A stretch of DNA of 64,000 nt, from assembly GCF_009914755.1 (NCBI RefSeq), contig NC_060938.1, one strand, 5' to 3'. The notes below the pieces were generated by a model that was not told where the DNA came from, did not search any database, and worked only from the letters and a program-made list of their open reading frames with translations. The DNA is from the human T2T-CHM13v2.0 reference genome, Homo sapiens. Shown piece after piece: positions 12,900 to 30,141 of this stretch. Made by a program: the position numbers and the translations under genes. The first letter of the stretch is position 1; every line of letters starts with the position of its first letter.

Positions 12900-14880
12900 T
12901 TGGAAGTTACCTCAACTTCCAAGTATGTCCCTCCTTCACAGACTGGGAAAATGAACACTGAAAACTTTGCTTACCCAGTGGATACATTTGAAGCCAGACT
13001 TTAGCTAAACTCCATTTATGCGTGTTCCCCAGATTTACCACCAGACCGCTTAGGTTGACATATGCCCTGTATTCTAACTGGGGGACCTTGATGACACTTC
13101 AGGTCTCTGAGCATCAGCATCAACTCAGCTGCTCTTCCTAGTCATCCTCAGAATATCTGGCTACTCTCCCTTCTCCACTGTACAGTTAACTGAGTACATG
13201 GCCATAGATACCTCTAGGGATAGATAGGAGAAATCTTCACAGTGTATACTTGCCAAGGTGTTGCAGGATCTACCTCTTCAGTCAGTTTGCTCCATATCTA
13301 AATATTGGCTCCCACTGGGGAACTGAGCAAGGTATTGTGACTATTTTTGTGGCACAGTCATATTCAGCTTCTGCGTTTTCATTCTTGCCTTCCTATTGTC
13401 AATGTTAAGAAGCACCCTCACTGGCGGACCATCTGTGTTTTTTCCAGCATGGCCATACTCTTGTTTCCTTGAGAGTTAGGTCCCTTTGGCTGCATGTCCA
13501 TCATTGTCTGTCTACAGTAATTGCTGTCTATTGGCATCTTGTGTTTAACTATGTGGCCTCTATTATTTCAGTGTCCCATTGTCCCCACATATATTGAGAC
13601 CAGCTCTGTCATGGTTAAGTCATTCCTGGACTTCAGAGGAGAGAGACCTCTGACCGCTTATGCAAGTACCCCTCCGAATAACACAGTTCTTATTGCCATA
13701 GTGCACTCCGGGATCTCCTGTGAAACATAATCCTGGGTCTTCTGGCCTCATTATAACATATTCTTTCCAGTATGGCCACCTCCTGGAATCTCTTTTTATC
13801 TCTTTATTTTTTAAGAAAAAATTAGGCATTTTTTCCTCACTCATCAGAGACCATTCTTACTCCAGACTTCTAAGAGTCACCTTAGCAGCAAGTTTGCTTT
13901 ATCTTCTGGAACTCTTGTCAGGCGTTACATGCTGTCTTCAGAAGCCGTCCTCAAATCAGTGAGATATAGTATATTTAGTCATACTTTCTGGCACCTTTAA
14001 TGAAACATGACCAAAATTCAATTTTATAGATATTCCGCAGGTCCTTCCCTACATGCTAGCTAATTTTGTATCATGTTCAGAGTGCAATGTCTTTCCTCCC
14101 TTACCAGACCCAGAATATCCCAAGCTAGGGCATGCTGGGATTTAAGCTACTGATAGGCCTGGCAGCCAGGAGAATATCTGATGGCCAGCACTGTTACCTG
14201 GAGGACAAGAAGCCTCTGCAATGTCATTCTGTAAAAGGCAGGTAATAGCTCTTAATAGGGTGGGTGGTCTACCCTCAAGCTCAGAGTTTAGGAATGTCTG
14301 CAGAACTGAAATCCTTAAGAATATTCATCCAGGCATCCCACACCATTTTTTTTCCAGGATTTTCTCTGCTAGGAATCTAAATTTAGTGTAAGCTTTGGCT
14401 GAGCATTTAAATCTCTGGAGCTTTGACACTCTATTAATCTTAAACTTTCTCCACAAATGTACTCACTCTTCTTCTGCAAGAGGTAAGTGACTTTTTAAAG
14501 CTACTAAAGAAGCTGGCTCTCTGGTACTAAAACACGGTCTTTAACTGTTAACCTCCAGAATTTCTCATTAATTCACTGTAGGGTGTCAATACATCTTGGT
14601 AATGAGCAGCCAACCCACTGTCCTTGTAGGTATTGGCTCTCCATATGTTTCAAATGCCTGAATCATTGCATTATCAAGGGCATCTCTTTCTATCAAGCCA
14701 TTTGCTCAAAGCAGTGAAATCTTCAGCAATTTTCACTACAATTCTCCAGGACTGTTTTCCATATTCCACTCAGGATGGGGTCTTTCTTGTCAGCCACACA
14801 GTGAGTAATCCAGTTTAAAAAACAAACCAACAGACAAAAACCTTATTGCCTGCTCTCTTGAATTATTTCTGCTGCCAATT
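12900..14880 (-). mobile_element. Old ERVL-class internal region (degenerate gag-side sequence)
   Basis: TACCTGGAGGACAAGA...GCAGCCAAC motifs typical of ERVL/MaLR internals; the right end reverse-complements to AATTGGCAGCAGAAATAATTCAAGAG, resembling the ERVL PBS junction TTGGTACCAGGAGTGGTTCTAGAG; no intact ORF. Confidence 0.6.
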
Positions 14881-15095
14881 CCATTAGTTCAGAACCTTGG
14901 AGAAAAATACTCGAAAATTTATGTCCAAGACATTTTTAAGCTCAAATACAGAGAGAAGACACAGGAGTAAGGGGAGAAAGTCCTTATACAGGACTGCAGA
15001 TCTGACACCAATAAAAGAAGCGAAAAAATAAAGAAGAATTCAGTGGGAATGGTCTTAGACTTCAGCACAGTTCTGAGAAAGGCTGATTTGACCCC
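14881..15095 (-). mobile_element. Partial ERVL-class LTR (putative 5' LTR of the adjacent internal region)
   Basis: Abuts the PBS-like junction; CAGCACAGTTCTGAGAAAG motif seen in old ERVL LTRs. Confidence 0.45.
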
Positions 15096-15914
15096 TAATT
15101 CAAACAGTGTTTGTTTATTTGTTTTCCATTTCTCCATGGGACTCTAATACCCAGACACCCATCTCTATTTCTAGACCATAATCCCTTCAGACTCTGACTT
15201 ACCACTGTATGTTTCTTTTGTTTATTTGTTTCTTGATTTAGAAAACAATTTTATAGTGTGTTTTGCTTATTTTTTGTCTGTCATTGCTGGCTTTGAAATG
15301 GAAGATTGAGTTATATTATAAACTCACAGTACTATCTGGACCCTAATTTTACAAGTAAGGTTTTTCAATAAATAGGTTTTCAAATAGGAACTGAATTTCA
15401 GAATGATTTAACTGGAAAAAGTATGCAAGACATAAAAGAAACACGAGCAAAGACAAGATAATTATAATAGTCCCAGATTATATTATTAACAGACTGACTA
15501 TGGGTAGTAGCAGAAAAAAATGTTCATCCAGAATCAGCAGGACTAGGTAACTGATAAGATACGAAAATCAAAAAACAAACAAGTGCCTCTTATTTACTGT
15601 TTTCAGTTTTCATTCTATATGTAAAGATATTGCCAGTTTTATTCATTCTTCTTTTTCATTGGTTTATTTTTATACTCCATTTTTTCTTTCTAAAATAATA
15701 ATCCATTTTTTATTCTTTGCTATGAACCACCATGTTATATAAAAATTCTAATTTGGATTAATCAATAAATGCCAGTATAAATATTTAAAACAAACAAAAA
15801 TCCTTAACTATAGTATTTTTAAAATAATGATATAGGATATGACTTCCTAATTGTTCAAACATGATTGATTAAGTGAGAGATTGATTCCATTGACTATAGG
15901 CTGGGGGATCTCAT

Positions 15915-16135
15915 AGTAAATGTGAATTCAAATCCTTGATTTGTTGTCTATTAGCTTTGTGACATACATATATTATGAAAGCCCTAAGACATTTCCCACA
16001 TCTATAAAAAAAAGGAATATTTATGCTATCTATATTATAGGCTGATATGACCATTTATGAACTAAGTAATACATTGAAAGCATGTAGCATAGGACTTGGC
16101 ATAGAGTATGTGCTCAACAAACAGTACCTACTAGA
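15915..16135 (+). mobile_element. MIR
   Basis: TTCAAATCCTTG...TAGCTTTGTGAC...CATCTATAAAA...GCATAGGACTTGGCATAGAGTATGTGCTCAACAAA. Confidence 0.75.
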
Positions 16136-18324
16136 GGATATTGAGTTGCCACGTTCTCCCTTCCTTCCATTCCAGGATATATTTTATCATCAAATATCTG
16201 CTCAAATTCAACCTTATTTATAAAATATTCATATAAAATTATAGTTAAGATAATCTTTGACGAACTCCAGAAATATTTTTCTGTGCCTCATTTATGTCAT
16301 TTGTACACTAATTTCTTATATTTTGATATTTATATATTTTTCCAACACATTATAGGTATTTTTAGAACCGGCATTCTGTTTTGAATACTATCTTATCCTC
16401 CTACACCATTCCTCAGAGTCTTGCGTGGAATTAGTGTTCAAAATACATGTTGTAAAACAACGTTCATTAATTTCTAAGTAATGTTGATCTTATCAACAAT
16501 AAAACTGTTATAATTACTCCATCCACATGTAGACATCTTGTAATGACAGAGAGAAATATAAATTATAAATTTGAAAAGGAAATTGGGGAGTAAATTTTAA
16601 GCAGTTGTACAAGTTAAAGAATTATCATCTTGTAAATTCATTTCAAGTTTACAGATTTGTACTTTATAAGTAATTATGCAATAAGCTTCATAACTTTCAA
16701 GGACAGAGGGGTAGTGAAATCGTGGTGTGGAATAATGCTGGGTTAGCACTCAGACATAACTGTATAATCCATAACAAATCCTTAAGCTTTCGAATGAATT
16801 AGGAAAAAGACAATTTTACAGCTTCTTCCCTCCGTCTTTTATCATATCGTTTTCTTGTTTTTATCTTATTACAAAGCCTAAGTGAAATTAAAAAAGAAAT
16901 GTCTATTTTATCCAGACTATTATGAGCCTTTTGTAAAGCTCTTAATTAGCCTATCATTCTAAATAAGACATTTGTATCTATAAAATATATGATCCTTTAC
17001 TTGTCTGTCTTTAAGTGGGCAATGTAAATGGAATAGAATGGCTTCATTATTCTTCTCTTTGGCACAGCATAACAAATACATATTTACATTTAAGCATAAA
17101 ATGCATATAAATTGTTATTATATAAGAAAACATTAAATTATTGTTTGAGAATTTCTATGAATATTTTTCTTTTTCTAAAACTGATTACTATTAATCTTTG
17201 TAACATTTTGAAGCTACTATGAAGCAGGAATGAGAAAATATTAACCTTGCCCCTTACTTTTTTTGAAGAACCTGAGAAAAGTTAAATTATTTGGTGTCAT
17301 TAAGTAAATTATGACATATTAACATTGAAAATAAAATTAAGTACTACTACTTACACTTACATTTGCATATGCAAAGTATTGACAAAGATTCACTTTCTAG
17401 GTGCAGAATTTGAATTAAAGTTAATGATAACTCTTCTCTTATAAATAAACTATAGCATAGTTTAGACTTGGACATTTTATTAGTAGTAATATAATCAGTT
17501 TCTGAAATATATTCTTTAAGGTGTTGACCACATTTCTGTTTGATAATATTTTCAAGAATATATACCAAGTTTTCTAATGATTTACTTCTAATTAGTTTAA
17601 AGTAATAAGGGTTCTACCATAATTTCTCTATATAACATATCTTTTTATACGAGGAAATGTAAAATTTCAGAAAATGCAAATAATCAGTTAAACAGTTGGT
17701 GCATATTTTAAAGATATAAATCAATCAATATTTTTCTAGTCTAATCGTTTTCTTAATATATATTTTCAATTTCAAAAGAACAAGAATGTAGAATTTTCAC
17801 TTCTTATAGATGAAAAAAGAGGCATAATTGCTGAAATAATAAAAAGTTTAACAAAAATATATTTTAGAATATTATTAGATGGCATTGATATGATTAATAA
17901 GAAGCCTGAGCAGCAAAAAAAGAATAGAAAAGCAAAAAGTCATTAAATGACATGGACTCATAATATAGCGTTAGAGGCCATTCATAGTTGAGTTATAATA
18001 GTTTGTCCTCTATTTTTCTTTTTGTTATGTTAGTTCTTTATTAACAAGAAACGAATGAGTCAATTGGCCAACCTAAGAAAATTTGTACTGTCAGGTTACA
18101 TATCAAAGTTATTATTGTTGTATTAAATAAGGCCTTATCATCATACTACTTAATTTTAAGACCTACTAGAAAGCTAGAGTAATCATGATAGACTGATATT
18201 GATGTAAGCATGGACATTTAGATCAATGGAAAAGAATAAAAGGTCAACAAATAAACAAATAAATATAAGGTTAATTGACTTTTGGCAAAGGTGCCAAGAG
18301 AATTCAATGAGAGAATGAATAGGT

Positions 18325-18690
18325 ATGCAAGGTTTGAGAAACCCATGTCTGGTGGGCACTGTGCATACATGATTGACTCCCAGTAAAAACCCAAACTTGA
18401 GTAAGTCTCTCCATTGGCAGAACTGTGCAAGTGTTGCCATAATGTCATTGCTGTAGGAATCAATACATCCCTGTGTGACTCCATTGAAAGGAGATACTTG
18501 GAAGCTTGTGCCAGGTGTCTTATGGATTTTATCCCATGTGCCTTTGCCCTTTGCTAATTTTTAATCTGTATTCTTTCATTTTAAGAAACTATAACCATGA
18601 GTATAATAATAATAATAACCATGAGTTCCATAAGCACTTTTAGCAAATCATTAGGCATGGTGGTGGTCTTGCTGACCTATAATCCAGTAG
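18325..18690 (+). mobile_element. ERVL-class LTR fragment, MER21/MER68/MER77-like
   Basis: TGTGTGACTCCATTG...TTGGAAGCTTGTGCC...CCCATGTGCCTTTGCCCTTTGCTAATTTT...AACCATGAGTATAA. Confidence 0.7.
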
Positions 18691-18950
18691 TCTTTTTATC
18701 TAATGGTACCGGACTTTCTGTCTATTTATTTGGAACTAAAAACAAAAAGAAAACTTGATTCCTTCCTTGTACCATAATAAAAATAAATTTGGAATGGATC
18801 AGGCCCTAGTCAAGTTAAAGCTGTAAAACTTCTAAGAACAATTAATGTAAAATATTCATCTAATTAGGATAGACAGAGAATCCTTACATAAGATGCAGAA
18901 AGCAAAAATCATAAAAGAACAATAAATTTTACAATGTTTAAATTTAGAAG

Positions 18951-22518
<3,568 letters not shown>

Positions 22519-22579
22519 GAAAATGAAAATATAAGTAAAGATGAAGAGAAAAAGTTTGCAGTACACACATACACACACA

Positions 22580-22941
22580 CATGAGATTAAATTGTGTTCC
22601 CCTCAAAATTCCTGTGTTAAAGGAGTAGCCCCCAATATTAATGTATTTAAGATGGTATTTGTAAGGAGGCAACTAAAGTTAAATAAGGTCATGGGATGCC
22701 TTGATTTAATAGGATTAGTGCCCTTATTAGAAGAGACACTGAAGAGCTTGCTCTCTGCCATGTGAGGACACAGTGAGATGGGGTCATCTGCAAGCCAGGA
22801 TGAGAACTTTTGCCAGAATCTAAATTGGCTAGCACCTTGATCTTGGACTTCCCAGCTCTATAGGCATGAGTAAATAAATTTCTGTTGCTTGAAACCAATA
22901 GTCTGAAGTATTTTGTTATGGCTTCTTAAGATGACAAATGC
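22580..22941 (+). mobile_element. MLT1A0/MLT1A-like solo LTR
   Basis: CCCCTCAAAATTC...GCCATGTGAGGACACAGTGAGA...CACCTTGATCTTGGACTTCCCAGC...AATAAATTTCTGTTG. Confidence 0.85.
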
Positions 22942-23734
22942 AGATGACAAAATATTTATATTCAAAACATGTGAACAACACCAGCTAATCAAAAGCAGCC
23001 CCAAACTGGCAAAAATTTGACCAGCTGCTTTCTAAAAAATAAATTCAAATGGCCAACTAGCACATGAAAAGATACTTAACATTATAAAGAAATGTCCATC
23101 AATATCACAATAAATACCAGTAGATAACCACCAGAGATGCTTTTTGAAAGATTAAGAAAACCAAGTGATGAAGAGAATGCACATCATTATTCTTGTTCAT
23201 TGCTTGTGTGATTTAAGTGATGACAGCCACTCTGGAAAATGTTTGGCAGTTTCTTAAAGAATTTATTTTACACTTACGGTATAACTAAGTAATTCCTAGA
23301 AATTTATCCAATGGAGATGAAAGCATATGTGCATAGAAAAACTCGTAATGTGCATACTCATGAGAACTTTATTCATAAGAGCCAAAACTAGAAATGATGT
23401 AAAATTTGTATCAACAAGGGGGTAGATAAATAAAATGCGTTATACCCACAAATAGAATAGTAGTTAGCAATAAAAAAGCAAAAATCTACCAGTGCATAAA
23501 AAGTATATAAAACAAACTCAGAAATATTATGAAAGGAGAAATAAATCGGGAACAAAGGTATACATACTGTATGACTTCATTCATAGGAAATTCTAGAAAT
23601 GGAAAAATCTAACTTATGATGTCAGAGAAAAGATTGTTGCTTGGTATGATGTTAATGTGGGGGTGTTGTTTGTAAAGGAACACAGATGAACTTTGGGGAA
23701 GATGCAAGTATTCTAGATCTTGATTTTGGTAGTG

Positions 23735-24036
23735 CAGTTATCCCTCAGTATTCATGGGGGATTGCTTTCAGGACCTCCTGTGAATACCAAAATCCAAGAA
23801 TGCTTAATTCCCTGATACAAAATGACATTGTATTTGTGTATAACCTATGCACATCTTCCTATATAATTTAAATTATTTCTACAATGTAAATGCTAGGTAA
23901 ATAATTCTTGTAATGTATTTCTTTTACTTGGTTTTTTTAATTTTTGTATTGTTATTTTATACTTTTTAAAACTATTTTTGAACCATGCTTGATTGAATCC
24001 ATGGATGAAAAATGCATGGATACAGAAGGCCAACTA
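23735..24036. mobile_element. MER2 (Tigger-family MITE)
   Basis: CAGTTATCCCTCAGTATTCATGGGGGATT...ATACCAAAATCC...ATGGATACAGAAGGCCAACTA terminal inverted repeats. Confidence 0.85.
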
Positions 24037-24599
24037 TATTTATACTGTGTAAATACAGTTGTTTATACTGTAAATACATTTATTACATTTCATTGAATTT
24101 TGTTCTTAACTGGTTGATTTTATCATGTGTATATTATGCTTCAATACATTTAAGAAGGAGAAGGTGGAATATGCAGCATATATGTATTTCATTGTATATG
24201 CAGCTATTAACACACAGGAGAAACTGCAAACATTCGCTGCTCCTATAGAGAGCAACTGTGAGGCTTGGTACAAAGTTTTCAGAGGGTCATTTAATGGTGA
24301 ACCTTTGTATGCAGTTTGAACGTAAATTTGTGTTTCTTATTACAAAAAGAATTATATTCTTTATGTCAGATCTTTGCATCATTCTCAGAACAAAATAAAC
24401 ACCCGTGAATGTATATCTAATTAAGACTAAGACTATGGGCTGATTCATGACTCATTGTTTTCTACATATTGAAAATATACTATAAAGATAACTTTCAAAA
24501 TATCTGAGAAGAAATAGCATCTCAAGCAAGTACTATTTTAGAAAAATAAGGGAGAAAATTTTTCTCAAATATCATTTGTTCTTTTAGCATTCTACAAAC

Positions 24600-24832
24600 T
24601 GGTTCTCATGAGATCTGATGGTTTTATGTGTTTGGTAGTTCCTTCTGTGTTCATTCTCCTTCTTGTTGCCTTGGGAAGAAGGTGCCTTCTTCCCCTTCAC
24701 CTTCCACCATGATTGTAAGTTTCCTGAGGCCTCCCCAGCCATGCTGATCTGTGACTCAATTCAACCTCTTTCCTTTATAAATTACCCAGTCTCAGGCAGT
24801 TCTTTATTGCAATGTGAAAGAGGACTAACACA
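24600..24832 (+). mobile_element. 3' half of a THE1D/MSTA LTR
   Basis: GAGATCTGATGGTTTTAT...CCATGATTGTAAGTTTCCTGAGGCCTCCCCAGCCATG...GGACTAACACA. Confidence 0.88.
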
Positions 24833-24870
24833 CCTCCCATCTCAGCCTTCTGAGTAGTTAGGACTACAGG
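24833..24870 (-). mobile_element. 38-nt Alu (J-like) fragment
   Basis: CCTCCCATCTCAGCCTTCTGAGTAGTTAGGACTACAGG. Confidence 0.7.
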
Positions 24871-25696
24871 AGTATAAATATTTACCCTGTTGCTCATTTG
24901 CCTCTTTTAAATTTGTGCCACATCTGCGATATTATGTTCTTTTCTGAACACCATGTATTTTACTTGGGATACTGACAAGTTAATATAGAAAGTGACCTGT
25001 GAAGTGGGTGGGAAACTATGTTGCAGATGTTCGACTCTCCTAAGATTACCAGGAAAACCTGTGGGTGAAGTAAAGCTGAGTTTAGACTTACCCTGGAAAA
25101 GGCGAACCCCAACCTTGAGAGCATCTTAATAGTGATTGAAAAGAGGAAAATTAGAGAAAGATATTTACACTATTTTAAGACATAGACTCAGTGATTTTAG
25201 TGGGCAGGGATGGGTTAGAGGGGCAGAGTTTATGACACGTTGTTTCTGGATTAGTGAGCAGGGTAAGGTAATAATCTCAAAGACAGCTTTAATGAGCAAA
25301 GTTTTGTCTTAATGAGGAAGATATTTTTGTGGTTCAGTTTTACTCAGCACAGAAAAGGATAAATATCATCCCAGGATTGTTTAGCATAGGCACATAACTA
25401 TGTCGGGCTTATTTCTCTGTGTTGGATGAAGAACAATTAAAAAATCCAGGGGTGTGTAGTTTTAATGAAAAAACAGAATTCTCAGGTTGGAGTCAAGAAG
25501 ACTGATGGTCTTCATTAGTTTCTTAAATAAAAATCTATTGTAAAAATAACTGTAAGAGAGATTTGGAAATTGCAGTATTAGTCCTGAAGTAAAATAATAG
25601 TCCCAGCTTAGTTTCTTGGTGTCCTAAACAAAACAAATATCCTAACACAGTAAAAATAAATCACAATACTGTATATGGAGGTTTGGAATCTCAGTG

Positions 25697-27925
25697 GACA
25701 TCAGAAAGATAGCAAATTGGGACTTTTTAGTGCTCATCCCTCTGCAGAAACATCAATGTGACCAACTATTCACATGCAAAAATACCTTCAGCAGAGCTAA
25801 GGAAACCAGGTAAAGATTATAATACCTGGGTGTAGCACAGAAATAAGAAAAGGTTCATTGAGGAAGGTAGGAAGCCCACTTTTACATCACCCACATTACC
25901 CCTCCCTCAACCTCAGGCAGCACAACCTGGAGGGAAATACCCTCTGCTTGGGGGAAGGAGAGCAAAGTGAGCATAATACTTTCTCTAAGACCACAGCACC
26001 ACAATAAAACTTAGTGCTGAGAAGGAACCCATGATCCCAGACTCCAGGTCAGTACCCACAGACTGAGCATTCAAGCTCACCTTGGTACTAGGCAGGAATC
26101 CACAGCCCCAGACTCCAGGCCTGTCAAGTGGATTCATTTACCAGGCCTGCCCTACCAACAGAGTAATCCCAGAAACCTCAGGCTCTTAACTGGCCCCAGC
26201 TCTAGGCTGGTCCAAAAGGTTCTTGGCTTTAGCCCATCCCAGTGCCAGGAGAGTCCCCACAGACTCAGGCTCCAGGCCTGCCCCAATCCAGGCTGACCGC
26301 AGAGATCCTGGGCTCCAGACATAGGTCTGTCTAGTGCAAGGCCAGTTCCTGTGGCACTACCCTACAGGATGATCCCTGCAGGTCCATGCTCTGGCAGACC
26401 CAAGGGTCAGGTCGGCTCTAGGAGGAATAGGGTCCATTCTATTTCAATAAACCCCAGTGCTAGACAAGCTACCACAGACCAAGGCTTCTGGACCACTCTT
26501 GTGGGTTTAGCATACACACTAGCTTCTAAAGCCCCAGGACCCAGGCTGGTTTTCAAAGTTCTAGTTTCCAGGCCAGCCCCAGTATACCCAGGCAACAGGC
26601 CAGTCCCCATGACACCTGGGAGGTCCAGGCCAGCACCTGTGAACCCAAGCTCCAGACTGACCCCCTCAAAACCAGACCCCATGCCAGCACTAGCACCAGA
26701 CAAGATATTATCTCTAGACTGGTCCTGATGGCACTAGGCCCTAGTGGACCTAGATTTCAGAACTTCTCTGGCAGACCAAGGGTTAAGGCCTATCTCAGTA
26801 TACCCTCGTACCAGGCCTTTCCCTCTGGATGAAAGCTCCAGGACTACCTCTGCAGATATAGCTCTAAACCAGCCCCTGTATCTGGAGGTTCCAGGACCAT
26901 CCCCACAGACACAGGCTCCAGGCTAGCCTCTGGTGGACCCAGGTCCCAGCACTGCCCCTACAGATTCAGGACCTAGATTAGAGTCTCCAGCACTGAGCCA
27001 GTCTCTGTGGGTCCAGATTTCAGGCTTGTCCCAGTAGACCCAGACTCTATGTCTATATCAGTGCCAACTTAGCTCCTGAAAACTCAGGCTAAAGGCTCAC
27101 CTCTGCACCAGGTAAGTTCCCATGGACCCAGGCTTCAGGTCCAACTCTATAGACCCAAGCATCAGGCTATCCTCCTTGAGAACTTTAGCAGCAAACCTAC
27201 CCAGACTACTCCAGACAGCTTGTCTAGAATCTCTGGACAGGCTGACTAGTGAAAGACTTTTCCAGACAAAGTCAATATGCAAAGACTGAAATAGTTTCTG
27301 CTTCTTTAAATTTGCAAATATTATTGTAAAGCAATAAGAAATATGAAAAAAAGGAGACATAACATCAGGAAAAGAACACAATGACCTCCCTGTAGTTAAA
27401 CCCCCCACCCCAAAATGGAGATATGCAAACTGTCTGATAAAGAATTCAAAATAATTACTTTAAGGAAGCTCAGTGAGCTTCAAGAAAATATGAGAAACAA
27501 GTCATTGAAATCAGAAAAGCAATAAATGACCAAACTGATAGGTTTAACAGAGATTAAAATTATTTAAAAAAAACCCCAAACCCAGAAATTCCACAGCTGA
27601 AAAATACAATGAATGAAATAAATAATGCGAGGAGAGAGAGGATATCAGCAGCGGAATTGATCAAGCAGAAGGAATTACCTATGAACATGAAGATAGGTGT
27701 GACAGATATATAGTGAGAGAAGAAAAAAGAAAATTAATGAAAAAAAATGAAGAAAGTCCATGGGATTTATGGTACAGCACCAAAAGAGCAAATTTTCAAC
27801 CTATAGTATTTTAAGAAGGAGAAGAAACAGGCAGAGGGGGTAGAAAGTGTACTAAAAAAAATTAGCAGAAAACTGTTTAAATCTGAGGGGAAAAGTAAAT
27901 ATTCAGGTACAGGAAGTGTAATGTG
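25697..27925 (+). mobile_element. Old L1M 5' portion: 5' terminus, long GC-rich repetitive 5' UTR and the first part of ORF1
   Basis: Starts GACATCAGAAAGATAGC; many CCAGGCTCCAGG-type subrepeats; ORF1-like GATAAAGAATTCAAAATAATT...AAGGAAGCTCAGTGAGCTTCAAGAAAAT. Confidence 0.8.
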
Positions 27926-28649
27926 CAGGTGAGCTAATATCTCTTTTCTTCATATTTTAAAGAAATATAGTCTGGAGATCACTTTTTGGTGGTCTCATAT
28001 TAAGCACGGCTCCAATTTCTACATTCCATTTTTCAGACAGTATAACAGAAATTTTCACTTCCTTTTGTTAAAAAATGAAACCATGTATTTAAAATCCAGG
28101 ATTATGTGGAATCTAGGTATTCAAGCAAAGAATATATCAATAGTGTGTGCGTGTTTGTCTTTTTCTGTTTCCAGCAAATGTGAACCATTGAGTTAAATAG
28201 CTGTTGAGTTTTTCCAATTGCCCAAGCTGATTCAATTTGTAAAAAGAAGGAAATGTTTTCTAACTAGCGAGATTCTTAATTTGGAGTCAGAGCTTCTCTG
28301 AACTAAATGGGGTTGCACACATAATGTTATAAATATTATTTTCCTGTCCATTTTATTCAAATTAGCTATTACAAAGTCTTTGAGTTTTGTACTAGCCAGA
28401 TATTCACTGACAAATATGTAGAACTTTTCCACATCCACATTTGTAATCTGAGTAATTATTTTCCACAAAAACTAAAAGGATTTCTCTGCCCCATATAGTA
28501 TTGTCTCTAAGGTTTAATTTTATTCAAAATTGTATATAGAGAATTTATTTTCCCTGCTATTAATGTGGGAGGAGTATGAAAAAATAGTGCCAATCAACTA
28601 TTAATAAAAAAAAAGCATTGCTCTCCAGTTTTGAAAGGCAGTGAACAAA

Positions 28650-28870
28650 TGAGCTCTGAAGTTAGGTTATATGAGTTTGATTTTCTTACTCCACAATGTG
28701 AGTGACATTGGGTATTATTTAACTTATTTTAACTCAGTTTCCTTATCTGCAAGATGAGGATAATGATATCTATGTTATAGGGTTGTAGGAAGTTTAAATG
28801 ATGTAATAGATACAGAGCACTTCACAGTATCTAACACAGAGTAGACACTGGATAAATATTAAATATTATT
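28650..28870 (+). mobile_element. MIR
   Basis: GTGACATTGGGTATTATTTAAC...CTCAGTTTCCTTATCTGCAAGATGAGGATAAT...AGCACTTCACAGTATCTAACACAGAGTAGACACT. Confidence 0.8.
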
Positions 28871-29827
28871 GAGAATACTCTTTCCTTTCCAATGGCTATT
28901 CGCACCTAAAGACACATATGCGCAAGTTCACACGTGCACAATTTTATTATCCACATTTGTATTTTTAACCTATGAAACTCTATCTATGTAATCCATATCT
29001 AATCTGGTGGTTTGAGGAAGATATTTTTTCATAGACATCATAAAATGACTTGTTCATGGACTTGTTTAGACATTTTTTCATGGGATCGTTGACAGCAATA
29101 GGTTAGAAATGCAAGAAAAAAGAGTTACATATGGTGAGTCTAGAGAAGTGATTCAGCATGCCATCCTGAAATGTAGTTTGCTCTCTTAATGGTGAATTAG
29201 AATATTGGTTTAATTAGGAGCCTGCTGACTGTGAAGTTAGAAACCTGTGCTTAATGCTCTCTCTAAGGAGATTTAACTTTATATTTTCTGCTACATGAGT
29301 TGAGAAGTGAAATACAAAAATGGAATGAAAAGCTTTAAAGAAAAAAGTGGAGGAAACAAGTACTTTGCCTGCACACAAAGTTTTCTAACTGGCATATTTA
29401 GTCTAAATAATGGGAGATCTGAAATCCAAAGTAGAAGAAGTGTCATTTTTCAATAAAATTAAGTTTTAATTTAAAGTAAAATTAAGCAACAACAGTATTT
29501 GTACATTATTTTTACATCCTATACTTTATTCAACAAAAAAATTAGTTCAAAATTCTAAGACTCATGAACAAAACTATTTGCAAATCCTCTAATTTGTTTA
29601 TATCAATCTTCATATTTTATTTTTCTACTCTTCGAATTTGGTAGGTTCTCCATATTTCTAATGTAAATTTCAAGCAAGAGCCAAATTTTAGAAAAAAAAA
29701 TTGCATAATAATTAATACAACCTAAAGAATTTTGCAGCCTGAGGACTTGAAGTCCCTGCCTCCCTCAGGGAGATTTTTCACATAAGATTTTTTTTTAATA
29801 AAATTTACATCATTTTCTTGTTCTTAC

Positions 29828-29999
29828 ATGACCCATCGACATTTTTTTTTTCACAATGTCTATCTCAGCTTCCCGAATCACATCTGATTTACAGTTCCGT
29901 TGACACATGTATTTGGAAAGTTCTTGACTCCTCTTTAACCAAATCATGATAAATTCGTCAATAGCATTGTTAAAAGCCATACATTTTGAAGGATATATC
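29828..29999 (-). other. Candidate exon, unassigned
   Basis: cctttaag| acceptor, CAT|gtaaga donor, one open frame of 57 codons, 4 CpGs, no recognisable repeat. Peptide not recognised. Confidence 0.25.
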
Positions 30000-30141
30000 C
30001 TTAAAGGTATGACTAGCACTGAGAGATTTGAGTAAATTGAATAACAATTTAATCAGAGCAGTTAAAGTTATTCAAATAACTCCTTTTCTTCAAAGTCAAT
30101 TAATTTGGCAGAAAATAATATCATTTTTCATTTAATAAACA

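Noticed and set aside
13521-14818. Short ORFs in the ERVL-like internal region as a domesticated gag
   Set aside because: Fragmented, mostly antisense to the element, and without recognisable retroviral motifs.
25020-25420. Possible old LTR fragment (also about 60030-60250)
   Set aside because: LTR-like in appearance, but I could not match diagnostic motifs or termini well enough to call a family.
25950-27250. GC-rich short-repeat region as a CRISPR-like array, CpG island or gene (ORF 26351-26728)
   Set aside because: Irregular, CpG-poor subrepeats lying between an L1M 5' terminus and ORF1, i.e. an L1 5' UTR. The same applies to 10620-11345.
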